From Gemmatimonadota bacterium (GTDB lineage: Bacteria; Gemmatimonadota; Gemmatimonadetes; Gemmatimonadales; GWC2-71-9), in NCBI GenBank assembly GCA_016704275.1, contig JADJAK010000005.1, positions 235,473 through 299,472 of the forward strand: a stretch of 64,000 nucleotides of DNA, written 5' to 3'. The position numbers and the translations under genes were made by a program. Below, in pieces: positions 1-9,247 of this stretch. Within the stretch, counting starts at the first letter, position 1. Each line of letters starts with the position of its first letter. The notes beneath the pieces are model-generated. The model was not told where the DNA came from. It ran no database searches and saw only the letters and a program-made list of their open reading frames with translations.

Positions 1-254
1 CGGGCGAGCCGGTGGTGGAGCGGAACGCGAATCCGCAGGTGCTGCCCTTCTCACCGCGCCGGCAGACGGGTACGACGCCGCCGGCCGCAGCGAGTCAGCC
101 GGCAACGCCGGCCGCCCAGCAGCCCGCGGCCGCCGCGCCGAGGACGCCGCCGGTGCAGCAGCCGTTCGTTCGTCCGGTGCAACCGCCGAAGCCGGCGACA
201 CCCGATGTGTCCGATATGGAAATTCCGACCTTTATCAGGCGGCAAATGGATTGA
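1..254 (+). CDS. ftsZ: Cell-division GTPase FtsZ, C-terminal end only (gene enters from upstream of window)
   Basis: Frame is open from the window edge. A Pro/Ala/Gln-rich linker is followed by the conserved FtsZ C-terminal peptide (..DMEIPTFIRRQMD*). Confidence 0.7.
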   Translation, partial: GEPVVERNANPQVLPFSPRRQTGTTPPAAASQPATPAAQQPAAAAPRTPPVQQPFVRPVQPPKPATPDVSDMEIPTFIRRQMD

Positions 255-1519
255 TGCGTTTTCAGATTCCCCGATTTCCCCTGGCGGCGGCCGTGCTCGC
301 TGCGGCCGCGCTGATCGTGTCGCGTGGCGAGTATCCGTGGCAGCGGCTCTCCGACGTGCCGACGGCGGGCCCGATCGTCGTGTCCGATCCGTACCATACG
401 GTGAGCGACACGCTGCAGCGTGGGGAAACCGTCGGGGCGCTGCTCGCGCGCCATGGCGTGACCGGGCTGGATCTGTCGGCGCTGGCCAGCGCGCTCCGTT
501 TCGACCCGCGCCGCTTCCGTGCCGGGCAAGTCTTCTCGGTGCGCCGCGGTGGTGCCGCCGACGAGGCGACGCAGGTGGAATTCCGCGCCTCGCCGGAGCA
601 GCGGGTGCAGTTCATCCGGACCGCCAACGGCGAGTGGCGCGGCAACGCGGTCGCAGTCTACTGGAGCACTGACACCATTCGCCTCGCGGCGACGATCACC
701 TCGAATCTGTTCAACGCCATCGATGACGAAGTCAGCGATGCGACGCTCGATCGACAGGAGCGGGCCAACGTCGTGTACGCGCTGGCCGAGGTCTTCTCGT
801 ACTCCGTCGACTTCTCGCGGGACATCCAGGTGGGCGATCGCTTCACGGCGGTGGTCGAGCGGCGGACCTCCGAAGACGGCGAGACGCGCTTCGGGCGGAT
901 CCTCGCCGGCGAGCTGAGCGTCGGGGGCAAGGCGATCGCCGCGTTCAACTACCGCAATGGCGGCCAGAACGCGTTCTACGATGGCGAGGGCAATGCGCTC
1001 AAGCGCGCCTTCCTCGCCGCACCGGTCGATTTCCGCTACGTCTCCAGCGGACTCTCCCGCGGGCGCTTCCACCCCGTGCTTGGGGTCTTCCGCCGGCACG
1101 AGGGGATCGACTACGCGGCCAACAGCGGCACCCCGGTGCGCGCGGCCTCCGAAGGTCAGATCGTTCGCGCGGGCTGGGCGGGCGGCTACGGTCGCCTGGT
1201 CGAGATTCGCCACCGCAACGGCATCACCACCCGCTACGCCCACCTCTCCTCGATCAGCGTCAAGGCGCGGCCGGGGGCTCGGGTGGGCCAGGGCGACATC
1301 ATCGGGAACGTTGGCTCGTCCGGCCTCTCGAGCGGCCCGCACCTGCACTACGAGTTCCGCGTCAACGGGACGGCGCGTGACCCGCGCAGCGTCAAGATGG
1401 AAACAGGTGCACCGCTGCCGAAGGGCGATCTCGTGGCGTTCCGTCAGGAGCGCGATCGCCTGCGCCTGCTCCTCGGCCCGTCGCTCGCCTCGCCGCCCGC
1501 TCGCGGCCTCGCCGAGTAG
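254..1519 (+). CDS. M23/LytM-family metallopeptidase (putative peptidoglycan endopeptidase)
   Basis: Hydrophobic N-terminus. C-terminal M23 motifs HEGIDYAA (HxxxD) and GPHLHYEF (HxH). ATG at 254 overlaps the ftsZ stop (TGATG); an alternative TTG lies at 251. Confidence 0.85.
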   Translation: MRFQIPRFPLAAAVLAAAALIVSRGEYPWQRLSDVPTAGPIVVSDPYHTVSDTLQRGETVGALLARHGVTGLDLSALASALRFDPRRFRAGQVFSVRRGGAADEATQVEFRASPEQRVQFIRTANGEWRGNAVAVYWSTDTIRLAATITSNLFNAIDDEVSDATLDRQERANVVYALAEVFSYSVDFSRDIQVGDRFTAVVERRTSEDGETRFGRILAGELSVGGKAIAAFNYRNGGQNAFYDGEGNALKRAFLAAPVDFRYVSSGLSRGRFHPVLGVFRRHEGIDYAANSGTPVRAASEGQIVRAGWAGGYGRLVEIRHRNGITTRYAHLSSISVKARPGARVGQGDIIGNVGSSGLSSGPHLHYEFRVNGTARDPRSVKMETGAPLPKGDLVAFRQERDRLRLLLGPSLASPPARGLAE

Positions 1520-1535
1520 TCTCTCCCACCGTTTG

Positions 1536-2255
1536 ATGGACCTCTATCCCGCCATTGACCTGCGCGGCGGACAAGTCGTTCGCCTCGCGCAGGGGGAAGC
1601 CGCTCGCGAAACCGTCTATGGTCACGACCCCGTGGCCCAGGCGGAACAGTTCGTCCTGGCCGGCGCCCGTTGGCTCCACATCGTCGACCTCAATCGTGCC
1701 TTCGGTGACGGCGACAACGATGCCGCCATCGCGGAGATCGTGCGCCGTTTCGGCGACCAGCTCCAGGTCCAGCTCGGCGGTGGCATTCGCGAGGTCGCGC
1801 GTGCGGAGGCCGTCGTGCAGCTCGGCGTCTCGCGCGTCGTGATTGGCACGGCGGCCGTCGATCAGCCAGCGCTCGTCGATGCCGTGGTCCGCGCAATCGG
1901 TGGCGACCGCGTGGCGGTCGGGATCGATGCGCGCGATGGCCGCGTGGCGGTGCGCGGCTGGGTCGAGACATCCGCAGTCCGCGCGACCGAGCTCGCCGAG
2001 CGCGTTGCCGGGCAGGGCGTGCGCACCGTGATCCACACCGACATTGCCCGCGACGGCATGCTGAGCGGGCCGAATCTCGACGAAGCGCTCGCGCTGCAGG
2101 CCAAGGGCCCGCGGGTGATCGTGAGCGGCGGCGTGGCCTCGATCGCCGATCTGCAGGCCGTGGCACGCGCGGGACTCGCGGGGGCCATCACCGGTCGCGC
2201 GATCTACGAGGGACGCTTCACCCTCGCCGAGGCGCTCGCCGCCCTGGCGAGCTGA
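1536..2255 (+). CDS. hisA: ProFAR isomerase HisA (1-(5-phosphoribosyl)-5-[(5-phosphoribosylamino)methylideneamino]imidazole-4-carboxamide isomerase)
   Basis: Internal ATG of ORF 957-2255. MDLYPAIDLRGGQVVRL.. N-terminus and ..SGGVASIADL..GAITGRAIYEG C-terminal phosphate-binding motifs. The upstream part of the ORF is off-frame-like Arg/Ser/Pro noise. Confidence 0.85.
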   Translation: MDLYPAIDLRGGQVVRLAQGEAARETVYGHDPVAQAEQFVLAGARWLHIVDLNRAFGDGDNDAAIAEIVRRFGDQLQVQLGGGIREVARAEAVVQLGVSRVVIGTAAVDQPALVDAVVRAIGGDRVAVGIDARDGRVAVRGWVETSAVRATELAERVAGQGVRTVIHTDIARDGMLSGPNLDEALALQAKGPRVIVSGGVASIADLQAVARAGLAGAITGRAIYEGRFTLAEALAALAS

Positions 2256-2260
2256 TCGCG

Positions 2261-4038
2261 GTGGCCACGCTCCCCGCCATCGTCGTGGCCCTGGTGGCCG
2301 GTGGCGCACTGGCCTGGTGGAGCTATCGCGGTCGCACGGCGCAGCCGCTCGCCATGGCGGCGGCGGGCTGCCGGACACTCGGCGCCGCCCTGCTGGTGCT
2401 TCTCCTCCTCAATCCGACACTTGCCGCCCGGCTGCTCACCCAGCGGCCGCTGATCCTGCTCGACCATTCGATCTCGATGCTCGCGCAACGCGGCCAGGCG
2501 TCGGCGGCTCGCGTGGCGGCAGCCGCGCTAGGCGACACAGTCGCCTTCGGTGAACTCGCGCCTGGCGAGGCCGGTGGGCGGAGCGTCCTTGGTGCGGCGC
2601 TGCCCGCGGCCCTCGCGAGCGGCCGGCCGGTGACGGTTGTGACCGATGGCGAAATCGGTGACGCCGAGGCGCTGCCGACGGAGTTGCTCGCCGCAACCAC
2701 GGTGCAGCTCTTCCCGCGCGCCTCGGGGGACGATGTGGCCCTGGTCGAGGTCCGTGGCCCCGAGCGGCTGGCCGCCGGCGATTCCCTGCATCTGCGCATC
2801 GAAGCCCGCCGAGTGGGTGCGGCACCCGACAGCACGCGCATCGAGATCCGCGACGGCGCGCAATTGCTGCAAGCCGCAACGATCCGACTTGGCACCACCG
2901 GGCGCGGCGTCGTTGACCTCGCGATGGCCATGCCTTCGTCGAGCGTGGGCTGCGGTGGCTGGAGATCCGTCGCGTCGGTGCCGCCGATGCGGAAGCCGGC
3001 GATGATCTCCGTTGGTGGGCTGTCCGCGTCACCCCATCACCGGGGGTGGTGGTGCTGGCGAGTGTGCCGGACTGGGATGCGCGCTTCCTGTATCGTGCGC
3101 TGCGCGATGTCACCGAGTCTCCCGTTCGGGGCTACGCCCAGTTGCAGCCTGGGCAGTGGCGCCGAATGGATGATCTTCGCCGCGTTCCGGCCGCCGAGGT
3201 TCAGGCGGCTGCCCGCGCCGCGGATCTGCTCGCCGTGCGCGGGGATGTCGAACCCTGGCGCCGCGGCGGACGCGCACGGCTGCTCTGGCCCGTCGCCGCG
3301 ATGGCGGGAGATTGGTACCTCGCGCCGAGCGCCTCCTCACCGGTCGCCGGCGGCTTTGCCGGAGGCGATGCCGATTCCCTGCCGCCTGCCGTCGCCGTGA
3401 CGCCCCTCAACGCCGAGGCCACGTCGGCATGGGTCGGCGCCACGGCGCGACTCGCGCGGCGCGGCAGCGAAGTTCCCGTGATCGGGGGGCGGCACGGGAC
3501 CGATGGCCGCACCGTCACCTTCGGCGCCGATGGCCTCTTCCGGTGGGGCTTTCGTGGCGGCGTGTCGGAACAGGTCTGGCGTGCCCTGGTGGCCGATGCG
3601 GCGGCATGGTTGCTGGCGACGCCCGATTCAGTGAGTGCCGCCATTCGGCCGATCGCCCTGGTGACCCAACGCGGGAGGCCGGTGCGCTTCCGATGGGTCG
3701 GAGGAGGAGCGCCCGCCCCCGTCGCGATCACGCTCACCGATTCGGCGCGGAGCAGGACGGATACCTTGCGCTTCGATGCCAGCGGCGAGGCGTCATTGCC
3801 GTTGCCGGTCGGTCGCTATCGCTATCTCGTGGCCGATGGCGGTGGCAGCGGCGATTTCGGCGTGGAACCGTACGCGGACGAACTCGTCCCGGCGCCAGTG
3901 ACCCTCACGGAGCGGCAGGCGACGGTCGCGGTGGCCTCGACCGGACGCGGTGCCCGTGAGTGGCCCGGGCTCTTCCTGCTGATCGTCATCGCCTTCGGAG
4001 CGGAGTGGCTCCTCCGCCGCCGACTCGGCATGCGCTAG
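2261..4038 (+). pseudogene. Membrane protein with N-terminal double-TM and vWA-like DxSxS motif (BatA-like), apparently split by a frameshift near 2917-2935
   Basis: Frame 2 (from 2261) reads MATLPAIVVALVAGGALAWW..LLLLNP..LILLDHSISM and looks coding up to about 2930, then turns into Arg/Pro/Cys/Trp-rich noise. Frame 1 is open from 2917 (stop at 2914-2916) and reads coding-like ..HAFVERGLRWLEIRRVGAADAEAGDDLRWWAVRV..VVVLASVPDWDARFLYRAL.. through 4038, ending in a C-terminal TM segment. There is no ATG/GTG/TTG start in frame 1 before 3046. Confidence 0.55.
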
Positions 4039-4065
4039 GATTCGGCATCACATGTTCAGGATGGG

Positions 4066-4977
4066 ATGATGGCACGACTCGGGGAAAAGCTCGGACTTTG
4101 GCAACGGATCAAGCGGCTCGCCCTTACCGATGTGGGGGCGCTCGCGCGCGGGCTGAATGCCGACGATCTCGAGCAGATGGAACGCGTGCTGATCGAGGCC
4201 GACTTCGGCGTTCCCGCCACCCTCGAACTCGTCGCCTTCCTCGAGGGTGAGGTTCGCAAGGGGAAGTTGAAGACCGACGTGCAGTTGCGCGAGGCGGTCG
4301 TGACGCAGCTGGGCGCGATGCTCGCCGGTCCCTCCGACCCCGCGCGACTTGACGCGCCCGCCAGCGGACCGACCGTCGTGCTGGTGGTCGGCGTGAATGG
4401 CGTCGGGAAGACCACCTCGGTGGCGAAGCTCGCGCGTCGGCTCCAGCGCGAGGGAAAGAAGGTGCTCCTCGGGGCGGCAGATACCTACCGTGCCGGTGCG
4501 GTCGCACAGCTCGAGACGTGGGCCGCGCGGCTCGGCATCGAGTGCGTCTCGGGCGCATCGGGTGGTGACCCGGCCGCGGTGGCGTATGACGCCGTCGAGG
4601 CCGCGATCGCCCGGAATGTCGACGTGGTGGTGATCGACACCGCGGGTCGCCTGCATACGCAGGACGGCCTGATGGCCGAGCTTGGCAAGGTGGTGCGCGT
4701 CGTGGCGAAGAAGCTCCCGGGCGCACCGCATGAGGTCTTCCTCGTGCTCGATGGCACCGTGGGGCAGAACGCCGTGCAGCAGGGGAAGCTCTTCGGGAAG
4801 GTCGTGTCGCCGACCGGGCTCGTCATCACCAAGCTCGACGGGACCGCGCGCGGTGGTGCGATCGTGGCGCTCCGCCGAGAGCTGAATGTGCCGATCCGCT
4901 TCGTGGGGACCGGCGAGACGGTGGATGACTTCGCTCCGTTCGATCCACGGGCCTGGGCGGAGACGCTCTTTGACTGA
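4066..4977 (+). CDS. ftsY: Signal recognition particle receptor FtsY
   Basis: SRP GTPase NG-domain motifs: VVGVNGVGKTTSVAKLA, DTAGRLH, TKLDGTARGG. Confidence 0.9.
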   Translation: MMARLGEKLGLWQRIKRLALTDVGALARGLNADDLEQMERVLIEADFGVPATLELVAFLEGEVRKGKLKTDVQLREAVVTQLGAMLAGPSDPARLDAPASGPTVVLVVGVNGVGKTTSVAKLARRLQREGKKVLLGAADTYRAGAVAQLETWAARLGIECVSGASGGDPAAVAYDAVEAAIARNVDVVVIDTAGRLHTQDGLMAELGKVVRVVAKKLPGAPHEVFLVLDGTVGQNAVQQGKLFGKVVSPTGLVITKLDGTARGGAIVALRRELNVPIRFVGTGETVDDFAPFDPRAWAETLFD

Positions 4978-5020
4978 GCGGCGCCCGACGCCGTGGCGCA
5001 CCCCTCCGGCCGTCCTCGCC

Positions 5021-5458
5021 ATGCTCGTGGCGGGGACGGCCGCGGTCTTGGTCGCCTATGGTGCCGCGTGGCTGCCAGGCGGCGCGCCACGCTGGGCCAG
5101 TTGGGCGATGGTGATGGGCGTGGTCCTGCTGGTGCCAGGGACCTTGCTCCTCGGCACGCTGCGACGCGGTCGCAACAGCACGCGTTTGGTCGTGGTGGCG
5201 ACGGCACTCGGTCTCCTGCTGCTCGTCGCGTTCGGTTCGGCCTTGTTGCTGCCGGCCACTGGTGCCGAGGAGGCGTTGCTGCTCGGACTGCCGCGCCGTG
5301 CGGCGATCATCATCTACGGGGTCGGGCTCGTGCCGATCCTCTTCCTGCCGTGGGCGTTCGCCCGTGACTTCCGCGATGTCGGACTCGATGCCGCGCGCCT
5401 CGAGGCGCTCCGGCGCGAGTGCGCGCGAGTCGCCCCGGGCCGGGTGCCACCGCCGTGA
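5021..5458 (+). CDS. Small hydrophobic membrane protein, translationally coupled to the downstream symporter (start uncertain; TTG at 4970 also possible)
   Basis: Several predicted TM stretches (LVAGTAAVLVAYGAAWL, MVMGVVLLVPGTLLLG, LVVVATALGLLLLVAFGSALLL, IIIYGVGLVPILFL). Its stop overlaps the GTG start of the symporter (GTGA at 5455-5458). Confidence 0.5.
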   Translation: MLVAGTAAVLVAYGAAWLPGGAPRWASWAMVMGVVLLVPGTLLLGTLRRGRNSTRLVVVATALGLLLLVAFGSALLLPATGAEEALLLGLPRRAAIIIYGVGLVPILFLPWAFARDFRDVGLDAARLEALRRECARVAPGRVPPP

Positions 5459-6912
5459 TCATCCCCGTCGCGATCGGGTACCTCGGGATCTGCCTGTTGA
5501 TCGGGGTGTGGGCCGCACGGCGCACCCGCACGGCGACCGACTTCTTCATCGCCGGAAAAGGGATCGGCCTCTGGCCGTTGGCGATTGCGTCGATGGCCGC
5601 CACGCTGTCGGGATTCGCCTTCATTGGCGGCCCGGGGCTGATCTACAGCGTCGGCAACGGCGCGCTTTTCATTGTCCTCCCGGCCGCCATCACCGGCGCG
5701 CTCAGTGCCTGGATGCTCGGCAGCCGGATGCGATTGCTCGGGGAGGTGCGCGGCCTGATGACGGTGCCCGACGCCATCGGCGCGCGCTATCGCTCGAGGG
5801 CGGCGCAGGGGCTGTCGGCCGTGGCCATCCTGGTCGCGACGGTCGGCTATCTCGCGACCAATCTGCTCGCGCTCGGGCTCATCGTCGACGCCATCTTCCA
5901 CACGGGCCTTCCGGCGGGGATCGTGATCGGCGCGGCGGTCGTGGTCGCATACTCGGCGGCGGGCGGCATCCTGGCGGGCATCTATACCGATCTTTTTCAA
6001 GGCGCGATCATGGCGCTGGCCTCGACGCTCGTCTTTGCTGCGGCAATGGCGAGTGGCGGCGGGCTGGGGGAGATCTCGCGCACCATCCTGGCGCACGAGC
6101 CGATCCTGCTGGGGCCGTGGGGGAAGTTCACCCCGCTGGCGGCGCTCTCCTTCTTCTTCGTCTTCGCCCTTGGCACGCTGGGTCAACCCCACGTGATCCA
6201 CAAGTACTACATGCTGCGCGATCCGCGCCGGTTGCGCTGGTTCCCGCTGCTGATGACCGGGGCGATGGTCGTGACGCTGCTCCTCTACTTTGGCGTCGGG
6301 GTGGCGATCAAGGCCGCGGTCCTCCGTGGTGATGTCCCACCCTTGGCGAAGGGCGACGACGCGACGCCGACCTTTCTGCTTCGGTACACGGCGCCGTGGC
6401 TTGCCGGGCTCGTCTTCAGCGGCGTCGCCGCTGCGATCATGAGTACCGTCAATTCCTTCTTCAGTGTCGGCGCGGCCGCGATCACCCACGATCTTCCCGT
6501 GGCATTCGGGCGTCGCACCACCAACGAACTGCGGGGTGGCCGCATCGCGACACTCGCGCTGGCCCTCCTCGCCACGCTGCTTGCCCTCGGCAGTGGCCAG
6601 GCCGTCGCGCTCCTCGGCGTCTTCGGCTGGGGACTCTTTGCCTCGACCCTCGTCCCGGCACTCGCGATCGGACTCAATTGGCCAGGGGCCACCCGAAAGG
6701 GGGCACTCGCCTCGATTGGCGTCGGCCTGGTGACCACCCTCCTCTTCGAGACCCTCGCCTGGGCCAAGGCCTACACCTTTCCCGCCGGCGTCACGGTCTC
6801 GGGACTCTCCCTGATCCTGGCGATGGCCACCTTCTTTGCGGTGTCGTGGCTGACGCGCGACGAGGCTGAAGGAGATCTGGATGCGGACGTGCGGGTGATC
6901 ATCGAGAGCTGA
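5455..6912 (+). CDS. Sodium:solute symporter (SSS) family transporter
   Basis: Polytopic membrane protein. SSS-type N-terminal region ..TATDFFIAGKGIGLWPLAIASMAATLSGFAFIGGPGLIY.. About 485 aa. Confidence 0.85.
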   Translation: MIIPVAIGYLGICLLIGVWAARRTRTATDFFIAGKGIGLWPLAIASMAATLSGFAFIGGPGLIYSVGNGALFIVLPAAITGALSAWMLGSRMRLLGEVRGLMTVPDAIGARYRSRAAQGLSAVAILVATVGYLATNLLALGLIVDAIFHTGLPAGIVIGAAVVVAYSAAGGILAGIYTDLFQGAIMALASTLVFAAAMASGGGLGEISRTILAHEPILLGPWGKFTPLAALSFFFVFALGTLGQPHVIHKYYMLRDPRRLRWFPLLMTGAMVVTLLLYFGVGVAIKAAVLRGDVPPLAKGDDATPTFLLRYTAPWLAGLVFSGVAAAIMSTVNSFFSVGAAAITHDLPVAFGRRTTNELRGGRIATLALALLATLLALGSGQAVALLGVFGWGLFASTLVPALAIGLNWPGATRKGALASIGVGLVTTLLFETLAWAKAYTFPAGVTVSGLSLILAMATFFAVSWLTRDEAEGDLDADVRVIIES

Positions 6913-6920
6913 CACTGTGC

Positions 6921-7008
6921 CCAGTGACCAGTGACCAGTGACCAGTGACCAGTGACCAGTGCCAGTGACCAGTGCCCCTGGTTACCGGTCACTGGTTACC
7001 GGTCACGG
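6921..7008. repeat. Heptamer tandem repeat (CCAGTGA)x5 perfect plus 2-3 degenerate copies, followed by a partly complementary GGTTACCGGTCACT x2 tract
   Basis: Read directly: ccagtga ccagtga ccagtga ccagtga ccagtga ccagtg ccagtga ccagtgc ccctggttaccggtcactggttaccggtcacgg. Lies in the symporter-recG spacer. Confidence 0.9.
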
Positions 7009-7043
7009 ATCACCGGATTCCACCATCCCTCTTATCTTCGCAG

Positions 7044-9107
7044 ATGGCCCAACTCCGCCTCGACACACCCATCCAGTTCCTCAAGGGCATCGGCGAGAAG
7101 CGCGCCGACGCCTTTGCACGGCTGGGCGTGGTGTCGGTGCACGACCTGCTCCATCACTTGCCCCATCGCTACATCGACGCCTCGACCACCACCCCGCTGG
7201 CACAGGCGCGGGTGGGTGATGACGTGGCCTGCATCGGCACGGTGGTGAGCAAGGGAGTCCTGCCAACTCGGAAGGGGCTGCGCGTCTTCCACGCGGTGCT
7301 GAAGGACGCCAGCGGACTGCTGGAGTGTGCCTGGCCGGGACAGGCCTTTCTCGACCGGACGCTGGCGGTGGGGCAGCTGATCCTCGTGGCCGGGCCGATC
7401 CGCTTCTATCACGGCCGGCAGATGGCGCCGCGCGAGCTGGTGATCCTCGGCGACGCCGACGATCCAGCGGCAGCCGGGCGGATCCTCCCCGTCTACCCGG
7501 CCACCGAAGGGCTCTCGCACAAGCAGATCCGCGCGCTGATGGAGACGCACCTCGACACGCTGTCGCCGTTGGTGCCGGACGTCCTCGACCCGACGCTCAG
7601 GGACCGCTTTGCATTGCCGTCATTGGCCGATGCGTTGCGGGCAGTGCATCGGCCGACGACGATGGCGGAGGCGGAGTCGGGACGGCGGCGGCTGGCGCTC
7701 GACGAGCTGCTCGACTTGCAGCTGATGCTGGCACGTGCCCGGCACGTGGCGCGCCATGGCCAGCGTGGCCAGACCTTCACGCTGCACAAGACCTTCACGT
7801 CGCAGCTGCGGGAGGCGCTCCCCTGGCCGCTCACCGGCGACCAGAAGAAGGCGATCCGCGAGATCTTCGAGGACATGACCCACGAGGAGCGGATGCACCG
7901 CCTCGTGATGGGCGATGTCGGCACCGGCAAGACGGTCGTCGCGCTCTTCGCCATGCTGCTGGCGCTGGAGAACGACTGTCAGGCGGCGCTGATGGCGCCG
8001 ACGGAGCTCCTCGCGGAGCAGCACTACCGCACGCTCACCACACTCCTCGCGCCGCTCGGCCTCGTGCCGGAGCTGCTGCTGGGGCGCCTGAGCGCGGCAG
8101 AGAAGAAGGCGGCCCACACGCGCCTCCGGACCGGCGCCACCAAGTTGGTGGTCGGCACCCACGCGCTGGTGCAGGAGTCGGTGGCCTTCCAGCGCCTCGG
8201 CCTGGTGGTGATCGACGAGCAGCACCGCTTCGGGGTGGAGCAGCGCGCGGCGCTGATGGGGAAGGGGGAGGCGCCGGACGTCCTGCTGCTCACCGCCACC
8301 CCGATCCCGCGCTCACTCGCGCTGACGCGCTATGGCGACCTCGACGCCTCGTTGCTCAAGGAGCGGCCGCCCGGGCGCGGCACCATCCGCACGGCCGTCC
8401 GCACGCCGTCGCAGCGGCGGCGGGTCTTCGAGTTCCTGCGCGAGACGGCACTCAAGGGCGGGCAGGTCTACATCGTCCTCCCGGTGATCGAGGAGTCGGA
8501 GAAGGCCGACCTCCGCGCGGCGCAGACGATGGCGACGTCGCTCACGGCGCAGTGGCCCGACGTGACCGTCGGCCTGGTGCACGGCCGGCTCAAGGCGCCG
8601 GAGCGCGACCAGGTGATGCGCGACTTCCGCGACGGGAAGATCGGCGTGCTGGTGGCCACGACGGTGATCGAGGTCGGCATCGACGTCGCGAATGCGACGG
8701 TGATGGTCATTGAGCATCCGGAGCGCTTCGGCCTGGCGCAGCTGCACCAGCTCCGCGGTCGCGTGGGGCGGGGTACCGGCGACTCGCACTGCATCCTGCT
8801 GACGGTCGGCGAGGATGTGCCGGAGCGGCTGCGCGCCTTCTCGAAGACCGACGACGGCTTCGCGATCGCCGAGCTGGACCTTCTGGAGCGCCGCCAGGGC
8901 GACCTGCTCGGCGCGCGCCAGTCGGGCGGCGTCGATTTCAAGGTGGCGCGCTTCCCGGACGACACTGATCTCCTGACCGAGGCACGCGCGCTCGCGCGCA
9001 CGATCCTCGACGCCGACCCGACGCTCGACCGCCGCGAGCATCAGGCGCTCAAGGATCGGGTGGTGACCAGGTATCCGAGGGGGGAGACGTTGTTTAGGGT
9101 GGGATGA
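7044..9107 (+). CDS. recG: ATP-dependent DNA helicase RecG
   Basis: Internal ATG of ORF 6972-9107 (the upstream residues are repeat-encoded). Wedge domain plus SF2 helicase motifs: MGDVGTGKT, VIDEQHRFG, LLLTATPIPRS, QLHQLRGRVGRG. Confidence 0.9.
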   Translation: MAQLRLDTPIQFLKGIGEKRADAFARLGVVSVHDLLHHLPHRYIDASTTTPLAQARVGDDVACIGTVVSKGVLPTRKGLRVFHAVLKDASGLLECAWPGQAFLDRTLAVGQLILVAGPIRFYHGRQMAPRELVILGDADDPAAAGRILPVYPATEGLSHKQIRALMETHLDTLSPLVPDVLDPTLRDRFALPSLADALRAVHRPTTMAEAESGRRRLALDELLDLQLMLARARHVARHGQRGQTFTLHKTFTSQLREALPWPLTGDQKKAIREIFEDMTHEERMHRLVMGDVGTGKTVVALFAMLLALENDCQAALMAPTELLAEQHYRTLTTLLAPLGLVPELLLGRLSAAEKKAAHTRLRTGATKLVVGTHALVQESVAFQRLGLVVIDEQHRFGVEQRAALMGKGEAPDVLLLTATPIPRSLALTRYGDLDASLLKERPPGRGTIRTAVRTPSQRRRVFEFLRETALKGGQVYIVLPVIEESEKADLRAAQTMATSLTAQWPDVTVGLVHGRLKAPERDQVMRDFRDGKIGVLVATTVIEVGIDVANATVMVIEHPERFGLAQLHQLRGRVGRGTGDSHCILLTVGEDVPERLRAFSKTDDGFAIAELDLLERRQGDLLGARQSGGVDFKVARFPDDTDLLTEARALARTILDADPTLDRREHQALKDRVVTRYPRGETLFRVG

Positions 9108-9121
9108 CGGCGAGAAGTCCT

Positions 9122-9212
9122 CTTCAGCCGCGCATGTCAATGCGCGGCGCCGGCGGAGCCGGCGTGAGGATTCAGTTCATCACGGGCCGCGCATTGACAT
9201 GCGCGGCTGAAG
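9122..9212. repeat. Perfect 27-bp inverted repeat (CTTCAGCCGCGCATGTCAATGCGCGGC / its reverse complement) around a 37-nt spacer; structured element or terminator downstream of recG
   Basis: Arms at 9122-9148 and 9186-9212 are exact reverse complements. Each arm contains its own GCGCAT..ATGCGC palindrome, and the spacer contains a GCCGGC-gga-GCCGGC hairpin. Confidence 0.8.
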
Positions 9213-9215
9213 CGA

Positions 9216-9244
9216 TCGACCTAACGACCAACGACTAACGACTC
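9216..9244. repeat. Heptamer tract (ACGACNN) x3-4 ending 3 nt before the paralogue-1 start codon
   Basis: tcgaccta acgacca acgacta acgactc cc ATG. Confidence 0.75.
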
Positions 9245-9247
9245 TCC

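Noticed and set aside
95-1348. Very long minus-strand ORFs throughout the track (for example 95-1348, 5314-6915, 17945-19480, 26665-28449, 28434-30560, 43046-43906, 54383-56359, 56429-58702, 60851-62446).
   Set aside because: They lie antisense to, or out of frame with, well-supported + strand genes that have clear family motifs. Their translations are Arg/Pro/Gly/His-rich low-complexity strings typical of shadow ORFs in high-GC DNA, and none shows a recognisable motif.
957-1535. N-terminal extensions offered by the ORF track for many genes (957-, 19125-, 21582-, 31390-, 35123-, 37719-, 41740-, 43513-, 49810-, 50964-, 53179-, 55721-).
   Set aside because: The upstream parts overlap the preceding real gene in another frame and read as Arg/Pro/Ser-rich noise. 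Homology-style N-termini begin at internal ATG/GTG codons that usually overlap the previous stop.
6771-7248. ORFs that translate the heptamer tracts (6771-6992 minus, 6952-7248, 6959-7219, 14558-14785, 14565-15167, 15998-16816, N-terminal parts of 6972-9107 and 12604-13731).
   Set aside because: The periodic peptides (HWSLVTGHW, VTGYRLQVTGY, DHRSSIIDH) appear in several frames and on both strands at once. They are repeat read-through, not genes.
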